NCBI GenBank assembly: GCA_029865515.1
Contig: JAOUGQ010000001.1
Coordinates: forward strand, 1-52,679
Length of the DNA stretch: 52,679 nucleotides
Source of the DNA: Nitrospirota bacterium
GTDB lineage: Bacteria; Nitrospirota; Nitrospiria; Nitrospirales; UBA8639
Direction of reading: 5' to 3'
The position numbers and the translations under genes are program-made. The notes beneath the pieces were generated by a model that was not told the origin of the DNA, ran no database searches, and was given only the letters and a program-made list of their open reading frames with translations. Below are positions 27,793 to 36,731 of this stretch, one piece after another; the stretch's first letter is position 1, and each line of letters starts with the position of its first letter.

Positions 27793-29106
27793 TTATTCTT
27801 TTGGAGGTAAAGGCTGGCCTTCTTTTAATTGCGCCAGGTAGTCCACGATTTTATTCAGGGCCCCTCCGGTCAATCTTACGCCAAAATCTTTTGGCATTTG
27901 ATTATCCGGGAAGTCCTTTACCACATATGCACTTGGATTTAAAATCGATTCCGTGATGTATTCCTTTGGCGATTTAGCTTTACCCTTATAATTTGGATCT
28001 TTTATGCGCTCCGGAGCATTCGATCCCTCCATGAGGAGTGGCCCAACTTTTCCAGTAGCCCCTTCAATCCCAGGGATAGTATGACAGGCGGGACATCCGG
28101 CCTTCATAAAGAGCTTATCATGTGGCTCGCTCCCGTCCGCCAAAATATTTCCCCCTGCACCGCCCTTCTCTTCTTCTCCACCTTCAGCCGGACGATCTGC
28201 TTCCGGAATAAACTTTTCATAGGAAGCCACTATTTCATCATATGTTGGGGCTTCCTTACCTTCCCTTGTATACATCCAGGTATCCACAGCAGCCAATTCA
28301 CCCAATGTCAATGATATTGGTGGTTTATGAATTTTAGGCATGGGGCTTACCGTATCGTTCGAACCCTTAACGCCAAACCCTGGCACCACATAACAACTTG
28401 GGCATGAATGTGATTCAGCGATATATTCTTGGCCGTTTGTGGCAGTCCCAGAACCTGCAAATGCTTCCTTTTGCTCAGAGGGACGGGCTGCTGCATCATT
28501 CATATGATAATTCGGCTCCTTCAATCGCTCTGGCGACCTGTCAGGAATGCCATAGAGATTCGGCGCCCGTTCACTTAAAAACCCTTGCTGGAATCCATGG
28601 CATAACGGGCATTGCCCCTTCCCAATGGCTCCCTGAGTTTTACTTTGCCCAATTCCTCCGAAAATAATTTTTTCTCCCTCATCACCTAACTGCTGGGCTG
28701 ACATACTTTGAAAATCCAACTTCACGACTGGAGGGGGAAATCCTCCCTCAACCTGCGGCAACCAATTTCCATATCCGGAAAGTGCGGCTGCCACAAAAAA
28801 CATGAACCCCCCAATCTTCATGAGGGCGCTAATGTTCGGGAAATAGAGCCCCATAATGAAAGACATTACGGTGATCATCACCAGAGAAACCGGCAGCAAT
28901 CGGCTTTCCCCATGAAAATTATGGGCGTAATTTGAAATAGCCATAAACGCTAAGAACGCACAAAGAATTCCGATTAATGTCTGAAAACTCGCACGTTTCT
29001 TTTTTACCGGATCAGAAATAGAGGCTTGAAAATACAATAATAGCCCAACCAGCATTAGCAATACCGGCCATCCCATTCCTATTGCCCGTCCCATTAACTC
29101 AACCAC
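27793..29106 (-). CDS. Membrane-bound diheme cytochrome c
   Basis: 4 N-terminal TMs, CPLCH and CPACH in two homologous domains, an extra HSCPSC; GTG start with GGAGG SD. Confidence 0.85.
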   Translation of the reverse strand: MVELMGRAIGMGWPVLLMLVGLLLYFQASISDPVKKKRASFQTLIGILCAFLAFMAISNYAHNFHGESRLLPVSLVMITVMSFIMGLYFPNISALMKIGGFMFFVAAALSGYGNWLPQVEGGFPPPVVKLDFQSMSAQQLGDEGEKIIFGGIGQSKTQGAIGKGQCPLCHGFQQGFLSERAPNLYGIPDRSPERLKEPNYHMNDAAARPSEQKEAFAGSGTATNGQEYIAESHSCPSCYVVPGFGVKGSNDTVSPMPKIHKPPISLTLGELAAVDTWMYTREGKEAPTYDEIVASYEKFIPEADRPAEGGEEEKGGAGGNILADGSEPHDKLFMKAGCPACHTIPGIEGATGKVGPLLMEGSNAPERIKDPNYKGKAKSPKEYITESILNPSAYVVKDFPDNQMPKDFGVRLTGGALNKIVDYLAQLKEGQPLPPKE

Positions 29107-29125
29107 AGTTCAATCCTCCACATGA

Positions 29126-29146
29126 GGGGCTGCCCACCGCAGCCCC
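29126..29146 (-). other. Intercistronic GC-rich hairpin without a U-tract
   Basis: GGGGCTGC-N5-GCAGCCCC between the cydA-like stop and the SD of the cytochrome c gene; likely an mRNA-stability element. Confidence 0.55.
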
Positions 29147-29173
29147 ATGATTGTTTGTAATTGTCTTCCTAGT

Positions 29174-31141
29174 TTAATGACCAGTTGCAGGCTGAGGAGA
29201 CGGAACTGGCTGCCCTGCTGTTGATGGAACCGGCACTTTCTTGGCGCCAAGGGTTCCCAACCAAAACACAAACATAATGCTTATCCAGAAAAACAGTACG
29301 TTAAAAGAAATGACGTTTGCCGCGAATCCAATTGTGTGGGTATACGCCCAGGGTGAATTATCCCGCATGACCTCGTTTACATGCCAGAACAACCTCACTG
29401 AAGACCTGATATAACCCATTAAACCCATCATCCACGTGAATGCTGTTGCCAACATAATTAATGCATATTGTGAACGAGGGGCAATTTTACCCCATTGAAT
29501 TGGTCCTAGCGGTCTCGCCCCTTTTAACATTGCTAAATTTAGCGGAGTCATCAAAAGAAGGCAGGACAAGGTGCCTGCCACCTGCGGAACCGATAATCCG
29601 ATACGGACATTCGCTGGGATGAAATACCCGTAGCAGGCCAACCAGATATTATTTAATTGGCCTATGACAAAGAAACATCCCATAAAAATATTCCCGAATT
29701 TTGCCCAACTAACGGTTGGCACCCGATTCCCGCGCTGGTACCAAATAAAGCTTAAAATAGTTGTCATAATAATGGCGTTAATGCCGCCATTCTTGGCCGA
29801 CATCACACCATAATTCCCCAAAACCGGGTGCTGCTGACCACCCATGGCTTTCAATTCAGCTGGGGTCATCACAATGGTATGCGGGGTAATAAAAACCAAC
29901 AAACCGCAAACCAAAATGAACACCAAATATTTTATGTATTTTTGGAATCTCTCCCCACCCGTCATTCGCCCAAGGGCTTGCCACAGGTAGTAATTTGTGG
30001 TCAGGAATAGAATCCCAATCATTGTGGCCTGAATAATAAATAACCACGCCAACAGACCACCCATCAATGTAATCCCCATCTGCTGTCTGTACGCGTATAC
30101 CTCACGCATGAGCCAATATCCCGCAAATGGAAGGGGAATCAGAAATGCCACACCCAGACTCATGGCGATGTAGCCCATCCAGTCATAGTGGGCCCGCTCT
30201 TCGTCCGTTTTTGAGGAAAGGAATCGGTATGCGGCATAAGCAGCCACCACACCACCACCGAAAGCCATATTTCCCAAAATTCTGTGGACATTCAATGGAT
30301 TCCAAAGCGCCGTATGCAACACATGCCAGATATTTCCGAGATATCGTCCTTGCTCATCTACACCGGCTGGCGACATCATAAAGCCGATCCATGAATTAGC
30401 GAGAAACATCAGGACAGTCCCAATCACATTGAGGATTACGGACATACTGAGATGGACCCACTTCATGACCCCTTCCCTCATTTTGTCCCATCCATAATAA
30501 TAGATGTAGAGCGTTCCACTCTCCGCCACGAACATAAGAGCATAAATATGCATGACGGGACGGAAAATACCGGAGAGATAACCGAAGAATGCGGGGTAGA
30601 GTGTCAGAAAGGTGAAAATGAGAATTCCACCCAAAATGGCCGTAAGTGAATACGCGGTCAAACTAATCTTGATAAAGTCGTAAGCCAATTGATCATATTT
30701 TTTGGCCATCGCTTTATCCTTGCTGACCATCCCGGCGAACTCAATACACATGCAGAAGATTGGCACGGCCAACACGAAACTCCCATAGTACAAATGCTGC
30801 TGATTAGCCACCCAAAGGAGGACACGACTTTCGAAGTTGTACCGAGGATAAAAAGTTTCGTTGTCGGCCGTTATGGGTGCTGGCATTCCAATGGCAGGCC
30901 CTTCAGTCTTGTAATAGACATCACGACCCATTTCAACTTTTTTCTCCTCACCCTCTGCTCCCTCCTTTTGTGCGGCAACCACGTCAGCAGGAGGTCCACC
31001 GGCTGGAGCCCCTCCCCCACTCGCCACAGCCGTCACAGACAGGAATATGGGCAGCAAAAGCAGCCCACCCATCACCATCAAGGCCATTGCGGCAAACAAC
31101 TTTTTCTTCCCCCGGGTCATTTGAATGAACAGGCGACCCAT
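29174..31141 (-). CDS. Cytochrome bd-like oxidase subunit I, copy 1 (Nitrospirota OR-N type; no Q-loop motif recognised, no cydB)
   Basis: CydA-like segments QQHLYYG (His19 equivalent), AESGTLYIYYYGW (Glu107 equivalent), LANSW..FMMSP, NVHRILG (His186 equivalent), GYIRSSVRLFW (GRQPW equivalent); many TMs; AGGAGG SD. Confidence 0.8.
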   Translation of the reverse strand: MGRLFIQMTRGKKKLFAAMALMVMGGLLLLPIFLSVTAVASGGGAPAGGPPADVVAAQKEGAEGEEKKVEMGRDVYYKTEGPAIGMPAPITADNETFYPRYNFESRVLLWVANQQHLYYGSFVLAVPIFCMCIEFAGMVSKDKAMAKKYDQLAYDFIKISLTAYSLTAILGGILIFTFLTLYPAFFGYLSGIFRPVMHIYALMFVAESGTLYIYYYGWDKMREGVMKWVHLSMSVILNVIGTVLMFLANSWIGFMMSPAGVDEQGRYLGNIWHVLHTALWNPLNVHRILGNMAFGGGVVAAYAAYRFLSSKTDEERAHYDWMGYIAMSLGVAFLIPLPFAGYWLMREVYAYRQQMGITLMGGLLAWLFIIQATMIGILFLTTNYYLWQALGRMTGGERFQKYIKYLVFILVCGLLVFITPHTIVMTPAELKAMGGQQHPVLGNYGVMSAKNGGINAIIMTTILSFIWYQRGNRVPTVSWAKFGNIFMGCFFVIGQLNNIWLACYGYFIPANVRIGLSVPQVAGTLSCLLLMTPLNLAMLKGARPLGPIQWGKIAPRSQYALIMLATAFTWMMGLMGYIRSSVRLFWHVNEVMRDNSPWAYTHTIGFAANVISFNVLFFWISIMFVFWLGTLGAKKVPVPSTAGQPVPSPQPATGH

Positions 31142-31230
31142 TGACCTACCTCCTTTGAAAACGTGTTGTGTTTATAACCATTAATTTTCCATTAAAATCG
31201 TCGAACAAAAATTCATCAACCTTTAACCTC

Positions 31231-31347
31231 TTAACGGAACATATAGAAATAATCGAGGCCCTGGGCATCCATTAAGATATAATCCAATGTTTGGAAATAC
31301 ACAAAACAGATAACTAGTGAAACTATGACATACAGAATCGTCTGCAT
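31231..31347 (-). CDS. 38-aa single-TM microprotein
   Basis: MQTILYVIVSLVICFVYFQTLDYILMDAQGLDYFYMFR with a strong AAGGAGGAG SD; the track's 67-aa start is too far upstream. Confidence 0.75.
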   Translation of the reverse strand: MQTILYVIVSLVICFVYFQTLDYILMDAQGLDYFYMFR

Positions 31348-31408
31348 GCGCTCCTCCTTGGGTCTAAAAGTATTAAATAAAAGATTGTCTTTTTGGAAGT
31401 CATGCCAA

Positions 31409-31543
31409 TCAGCAGGGGCACTGAATGCCCGCAAACCAATAGAAAAACCACATACTCACTGCGCAGGTCAGATAAAATATGGCTTTGCCTATTTTGACCT
31501 CTAATTCCGTTGACTCTCGCACGACCGTCGTCGAATCAGCCAT
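31409..31543 (-). CDS. 44-aa single-TM microprotein ending in Cys-Pro-Cys (not in the ORF track)
   Basis: MADSTTVVRESTELEVKIGKAIFYLTCAVSMWFFYWFAGIQCPC*, SD GGAGGGAGG. Confidence 0.75.
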   Translation of the reverse strand: MADSTTVVRESTELEVKIGKAIFYLTCAVSMWFFYWFAGIQCPC

Positions 31544-31670
31544 CTCAAACCCTCCCTCCGCTTAATCCTTAGTTTAATTTAGATAATTTACCCTAATTAA
31601 CTTTATTGACAGAATCTATTTTTTCGTGGTATTCAGACGTTCATTGATTATGTAAAAAGAGGGATTTCTC

Positions 31671-31775
31671 ATGCGTACAAATGCAAAAGTGTTCGACATT
31701 ATAGTTTTGGCCGGAATGGTTGTCAATATTCTCTTGGCGGTCTTTCTCATCCTCTACTATTTTGATTTTCTTTAA
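31671..31775 (+). CDS. 34-aa hydrophobic microprotein, divergently oriented (not in the ORF track)
   Basis: MRTNAKVFDIIVLAGMVVNILLAVFLILYYFDFL*, SD AGAGGG; TTGACA at 31606 with a weak extended -10 (TGG-TATTCA); AAAAAATC-TCG-GATTTTTT hairpin at 31798..31816 downstream. Confidence 0.6.
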   Translation: MRTNAKVFDIIVLAGMVVNILLAVFLILYYFDFL

Positions 31776-31819
31776 TTTTTGCCTCTGCATTTCCCACAAA
31801 AAATCTCGGATTTTTTGGC

Positions 31820-32695
31820 TTAATTTGAACGGGCACACCTAAAACCAATTGTCTCATCCCGAAAGTCCGGCACCATAAAACTTCTATTGGTGATTCGAAG
31901 ATCAACACCCTGGCTCGTATACCCGCTGCCCCTCATCGTTTTATATGTTGAGGGGGGATGATCACTCGCCTTCGAAATTGTTTTTTCTTGACTGTACAGA
32001 TCCTCAACATACCAATCATCCGTCCATTCCATGACGTTACCCGCACCGTCATATACACCAAACACACTTTGGTCAAGTTGAAATGATCCAACAGGAGCTG
32101 TCACCAAAAAACCGTCAGCCTCTCCCGCGAAATTGGCCGGATGGCCTGCCAGGCCCTCTCCCCACGGCCAGGTGCGCCCATCCGTCCCTCGCATGGCTTT
32201 TTCCCATTCTTTTTCGGTAGGAAGACGCTTGCCATTCCATCGACAATATTCATTCGCATCGCTCCATGACACATAGGTGACCGGCTGATGAAGCCCTCGT
32301 AGCGCTTCGAGTTTCCTGGCATACCGAGAGGGCGGGCCAGGCTGACGATGCCCGGTTGCCTCAACAAATTCCATATACTGCTGGTAGGTGACTTCATACC
32401 GATCGATCCAATACGTCCCTAGATAAGCCGCATGAGCGGGCTTTTCATTGAATCCACCTTGATCGCTACCAAGAATAAATTCCCCTGCAGGAACTTCAAC
32501 CATCTCTTCCCTGATCCCAGGCCCTTGCGACTCGCTGTTTCTTGACGGCTCCAATAATGAGGAAGGAGGCAGTGCTTGAGGTTTTTCCTCCGGAAGAGTC
32601 GGGGGCGGGTCGGTTCCTCTCAAAATTCCCAACACCGGCAGGCCGGTCATGAACAAGACCGCAACCAGAAAAATCAGTTTAAAGCGACTTTCCAT
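31820..32695 (-). CDS. Membrane-anchored FGE-sulfatase-fold (SUMF1/NirV/PvdO-like) protein
   Basis: MVEVPAGEFILG, IDRYEVT, PVTYVSW.DA.EYC.W.GKRLPTE.EWEKA, GNVMEW, GFRCA. Confidence 0.9.
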   Translation of the reverse strand: MESRFKLIFLVAVLFMTGLPVLGILRGTDPPPTLPEEKPQALPPSSLLEPSRNSESQGPGIREEMVEVPAGEFILGSDQGGFNEKPAHAAYLGTYWIDRYEVTYQQYMEFVEATGHRQPGPPSRYARKLEALRGLHQPVTYVSWSDANEYCRWNGKRLPTEKEWEKAMRGTDGRTWPWGEGLAGHPANFAGEADGFLVTAPVGSFQLDQSVFGVYDGAGNVMEWTDDWYVEDLYSQEKTISKASDHPPSTYKTMRGSGYTSQGVDLRITNRSFMVPDFRDETIGFRCARSN

Positions 32696-32775
32696 GTTTC
32701 CTATCTCTGAACCTTCATTCCTTCCTATACGGAGAAAGCATGGGCGCTCTCACTGGCAAGGCGTCTGGTTATCGC

Positions 32776-33693
32776 CTACGAGGACTGAGGAATCTCAGCC
32801 GGAGGATCCTTTGCGCACCGGAAGCCGACGCTCGCATCGGTCCTCCACATCTTCGCTGAAAAACGCTTGGTGACCCTGGCACCTAGACGAGACTCCCGCC
32901 ATGACCCTCCACGAATAACTTTATACACATCATCGTCTTTCGGACCAGGGGGATCACGATACGGCGCTTGTTGATAGTATTCAGCGGAATAATTATCCAT
33001 GACCCACTCAGCCACATTGCCGGTTGCATCATATAACCCGAACGGACTTCTCCCCACTTCAAATGATCCCACGGGGGCTAAATACCGAAAGCCATCTTCC
33101 TCCCCGTCTACATTGGCAAATTGATAGTCAAACTTATCACCCCAAGGATACCGCCGCTTCCCTTCTCCACGTGCAGATTTTTCCCACTCTGCTTCGGTAG
33201 GCAACCGCTTGCCCGCCCACCGACAATACCCAAACGCATCATTCCACGTCACCGCAATAACCGGATAATCCTGACCGACTAACTTGGCAACATCATCTTC
33301 AAAGACCGGAACTTTAGGCCTATCCCGTTTCGTCATGCTGAGATAACGCTCATAGTCCGCCTGTGTCACTTCTTTGAGATCGATGTAAAAGGTTTTGAGG
33401 TACACCGGATGCGGAGGCCCCTCATCGGGGTCCCCATCTCCAATCCCCATCGTAAATGGCCCTTCAGGAATTTCCACCATTTTCCGATTATCATCGCCGA
33501 TCAGTGTTTTATACATAGAAAAATCCTGCGTGGGCATCGGCTGCAGCACACGGACTTTTGCAGGTTGGCCAGCCGATAAGGCTTCCAACTCTTTTTTCCC
33601 TTTATAGGTCTCATACAACAGCATCACGATCATCATAATAAACGAGCCGAAGACAAACAGAATGGCTCCAATCAAGACACCTCGATTTTCCAT
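32776..33693 (-). CDS. Membrane-anchored FGE-sulfatase-fold protein (paralog)
   Basis: N-terminal TM; GKRLPTEAEWEK, GNVAEW, RGGSW, GFRCA. Confidence 0.9.
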   Translation of the reverse strand: MENRGVLIGAILFVFGSFIMMIVMLLYETYKGKKELEALSAGQPAKVRVLQPMPTQDFSMYKTLIGDDNRKMVEIPEGPFTMGIGDGDPDEGPPHPVYLKTFYIDLKEVTQADYERYLSMTKRDRPKVPVFEDDVAKLVGQDYPVIAVTWNDAFGYCRWAGKRLPTEAEWEKSARGEGKRRYPWGDKFDYQFANVDGEEDGFRYLAPVGSFEVGRSPFGLYDATGNVAEWVMDNYSAEYYQQAPYRDPPGPKDDDVYKVIRGGSWRESRLGARVTKRFSAKMWRTDASVGFRCAKDPPAEIPQSS

Positions 33694-33743
33694 GCCTACC
33701 TTATCCCTCGCTTCGATCCATCCATCACCATGCTCCAGATTGA

Positions 33744-34118
33744 TTACGCCCGAGAGTTGTTGCCAGGGGCTTCCACCGCCGGTTCAGAAGGAGGCTGCTT
33801 CCGTTGTTGCCACGTTTCCAAGAGCATTGAAATCCAAATTCCCAAGAATCCACCCATCGCGGCACCAGACGCGGCACCAACGGTCACCGCCTCAGTTCCA
33901 CCCAACCCCAAGGCCAACAATCCGCCCAAGATGGTGCCGATAAAAATGCTCAAAAAAAACCCTCGTCCGCCTAAAAAACCTACCCCCGCACCCAGAAGCG
34001 TTCCTAAAGCCAAGGTGACAGGAAGCCACCCCTCTCCCATAAACACCCCGATCAGAAAGCCCACGGTGCCTAATCCTAGGATGCCCAAGATGACATCAAA
34101 AACTTTTGATGTGGTCAC
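33744..34118 (-). CDS. Small Gly-rich membrane protein (glycine-zipper-like)
   Basis: About 4 hydrophobic helices with GxxxG repeats; GAGGAG SD. Confidence 0.7.
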   Translation of the reverse strand: MTTSKVFDVILGILGLGTVGFLIGVFMGEGWLPVTLALGTLLGAGVGFLGGRGFFLSIFIGTILGGLLALGLGGTEAVTVGAASGAAMGGFLGIWISMLLETWQQRKQPPSEPAVEAPGNNSRA

Positions 34119-34154
34119 AATGACTCCTCATCAACGACCCGATTGAACACGGAA

Positions 34155-34859
34155 TCATTCAGCCTGAACCTGAAGGGAACCAAAATCGACTTCCACACCT
34201 GGCCCTCCTAATAAAGATATGCCCCAGGCTTGGGCCGCCGGCTCATGGTCATGAATCTTAAGAAAATCCTCATACACGTTGACACGCTCTTCCACCCACT
34301 CTCCGAGGGGCTGCGTCCCACTGCGAATAACAATTTCGGTTGAGCTAAACATGCCGCCCTCTTTGACCGACCCCACCGGTAGCGTCGCGCTCCACACGTA
34401 TTTGGTATTCACGGGAATAAACATCAGATCCACATCTAACGAAGGATAAATTGCAGCAATAAAATCAGCACTATCGGGAACGGTCTTTATCCGCCAACGC
34501 CAAATCAAGACAGGGTGCTTCTTCGGATCCCACTGAATATTCTTGGTATAGACCCGTTGGTTGGCGCTCTTGGCGGACAAAAAAGCAATCCCTTCCTCCT
34601 TATGAATCGTGTAGGTTTCATGGGCTGTGACCGTGCTCCGTTGCGCCTCCCATCCCTGAGGAAATCCTTTTTCATCAGGATGCTCAAAATTTTCCAAAAC
34701 CATCAGGCCATCTGATGGACCCCGGCCCGGCACATCTTGCGCAGAAACAGGACGACTCCCAATCATGAAGATGCCCAGTAGCAGACATGCCGAAAATGTT
34801 GCCAGGCTGTTTGGCCAGGCACCCGCTACTCTATTTTGTTGTCTACGATACAATGCCAT
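34155..34859 (-). CDS. Exported DUF3047-like protein
   Basis: Signal peptide, then P.L.WRWRI, KYVWS, W..ERVNVYEDF; the ATG overlaps the cydA-like stop (TAATG). Confidence 0.7.
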   Translation of the reverse strand: MALYRRQQNRVAGAWPNSLATFSACLLLGIFMIGSRPVSAQDVPGRGPSDGLMVLENFEHPDEKGFPQGWEAQRSTVTAHETYTIHKEEGIAFLSAKSANQRVYTKNIQWDPKKHPVLIWRWRIKTVPDSADFIAAIYPSLDVDLMFIPVNTKYVWSATLPVGSVKEGGMFSSTEIVIRSGTQPLGEWVEERVNVYEDFLKIHDHEPAAQAWGISLLGGPGVEVDFGSLQVQAE

Positions 34860-36730
34860 TACGTTGATTCCTCTTCTGAAAGCACCTGAACCACCGGAGA
34901 AGGCCGCGCCAATCCAGCCGTTCGCCTCTCCACCACTCGTTGATCCCATCGGCTGAGCCAAAATACGAAAAAGACCGATAACCAGAATACGATCATATTA
35001 ACGGTGACCATCTTCGCAGCAAATCCCAATGAAGGGGTAAATGCCCACGAGGAACGATCCGGCATTAATTCAGAGATATGCCATTCCAATCGACCAGCAG
35101 ATCGAATATACCCCATCAACCCCATCACCCATGAAAACGCGGCAGCCACGACAAACAACGCGACTATCCCGCGCGGAGTAATTCGTCCCCACTGAACAGG
35201 CCCGGTCATTTCAGCGCCTCGCAACAACAACCGATTGAGCAATAAGCCCCCCACGACCACGGTAGCTGTCGTCATCCCTTGAGGGGTAGAAAGCCCGACT
35301 CGCACATTCGCCGGTATATAGAATCCATAAATAGCCAACCACACAATATTGGCAATGCCCATGAAAAACAATAACAGGAGTAATGCATTCCCCGCTGATG
35401 CCCACTGTACGGTCACCACCCGATTGGCACGCCGATACAAAATATAGCTCAGAGCAGTCAAACAGATCATCACGTTAATCGCGCCGTTCTTGGCGGACAT
35501 CACACCGAATTGACCAATGACCGGATGTTGCGCAGCACCCATGGCTTTCATCTCACTGGCACTCATGGCAATGGTGTGCGGCGTAAACCACACGAGAAAA
35601 CAGACCATCAAGGCAAATAGGATGGCTTTAAAATACGGATGATAGCGTTCGCCTCCTTGAAGACGGGCCAAGGATTGCCAGATGTAATAATTAATTCCTA
35701 AAAACAACACCCCGACCATAATGGCTTGGAGCACAAACAGCCACGACAACATCCCTCCCATCATCGTAATGCCCATATGCTGTCTGAACTCAAACACCGC
35801 CCGCATCAGCCAATATCCGGCAAGTGGCATGGGGAGAAGCGCACAGACCATGACCACAATAAACACATGCCCTACCCAATCATAATACGCCCGGTCTTCT
35901 GAAGTTTTTGCCATGAAAAACCGGTACGCTGCATAGGCGACAACCACGGCTCCACCCGACATAATATCTGCCAAAAAGCGATGAGCGTTCAGTGGATTCC
36001 ACAAAGGAGAGTGCAGAAGATGCCACACATTGCCTAAAAAATGGCCTTGGGCATCGACCCCAGACGGGGCCATCATAAAAGAAGCCCATGAATTGGCTAA
36101 CAACAACAAAATCACTCCGGTTCCGTTTGAAAGAATACCAAGCGTCATATGCACCCACTTCGTCGCCGGGGTTTTCAGGAAATTCCAGGTGTAATAATAA
36201 AGCGTCAACAGAAAGGCTTCACTCACAAACACCGTGGCATACACCGGCATCACCGGCTTAAAGGTCGCCCCCATATAGCTCATAAACCCAGGATATAGAG
36301 TGACAAAGGTCACAAGCATGAGAGAGCCTAACAAGGCCGTAATGGACATCGACAACAACGCCACACGTAAAATATCACGGGCCAACCCGTCGAACTTCTG
36401 TTGGGAAGCCTGATGCTTGCGCGTGAATCCCAAAAACTCCAGTAAAAGACTAAACAAGGGAAGGGCTAACACAAAACCGCCAAAATAAGTATGTTGCTGG
36501 GTCACAAACCAGACGATCAGCCGGTTATTCACAAGAGGGTAGGAAGAGTAGGTCTGAATAATTTCTACCGCAGCTGGACCCTCAATAGACCCCTGAGTTT
36601 GGTAGAAAATATCCTGAGTTGGCTGTCCATCATTTGACGGTAAGGACTTGGGATCCGCGCCCAACGCCATTCCCGTCTGCAGCAGAAAGACGACCAGAAA
36701 GCCCAATAATGGCTTTACAATTTGTATCAA
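34859..36730 (-). CDS. Cytochrome bd-like oxidase subunit I, copy 2
   Basis: Colinear paralog of 29174..31141 (QQHTYFG, LANSWASFMMAP, LWNPLNAHR, YYDWVG, GYWLMR, QHPVIGQFGVMSAKNG, MGYIRSAGRLEW); TTG start 1 nt after the upstream stop. Confidence 0.8.
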   Translation of the reverse strand: MIQIVKPLLGFLVVFLLQTGMALGADPKSLPSNDGQPTQDIFYQTQGSIEGPAAVEIIQTYSSYPLVNNRLIVWFVTQQHTYFGGFVLALPLFSLLLEFLGFTRKHQASQQKFDGLARDILRVALLSMSITALLGSLMLVTFVTLYPGFMSYMGATFKPVMPVYATVFVSEAFLLTLYYYTWNFLKTPATKWVHMTLGILSNGTGVILLLLANSWASFMMAPSGVDAQGHFLGNVWHLLHSPLWNPLNAHRFLADIMSGGAVVVAYAAYRFFMAKTSEDRAYYDWVGHVFIVVMVCALLPMPLAGYWLMRAVFEFRQHMGITMMGGMLSWLFVLQAIMVGVLFLGINYYIWQSLARLQGGERYHPYFKAILFALMVCFLVWFTPHTIAMSASEMKAMGAAQHPVIGQFGVMSAKNGAINVMICLTALSYILYRRANRVVTVQWASAGNALLLLLFFMGIANIVWLAIYGFYIPANVRVGLSTPQGMTTATVVVGGLLLNRLLLRGAEMTGPVQWGRITPRGIVALFVVAAAFSWVMGLMGYIRSAGRLEWHISELMPDRSSWAFTPSLGFAAKMVTVNMIVFWLSVFFVFWLSRWDQRVVERRTAGLARPSPVVQVLSEEEST

Positions 36731-36731
36731 G

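Noticed and set aside
31641-31838. 65-aa minus-strand ORF from the track
   Set aside because: It has no SD and is the antisense of the better-supported 34-aa plus-strand membrane ORF.
29174-36730. Labelling the two oxidase genes as canonical cydA quinol oxidase subunits
   Set aside because: There is no cydB, the GRQPW region is altered and no quinol-binding Q-loop motif is recognisable, so the gene symbol was withheld.
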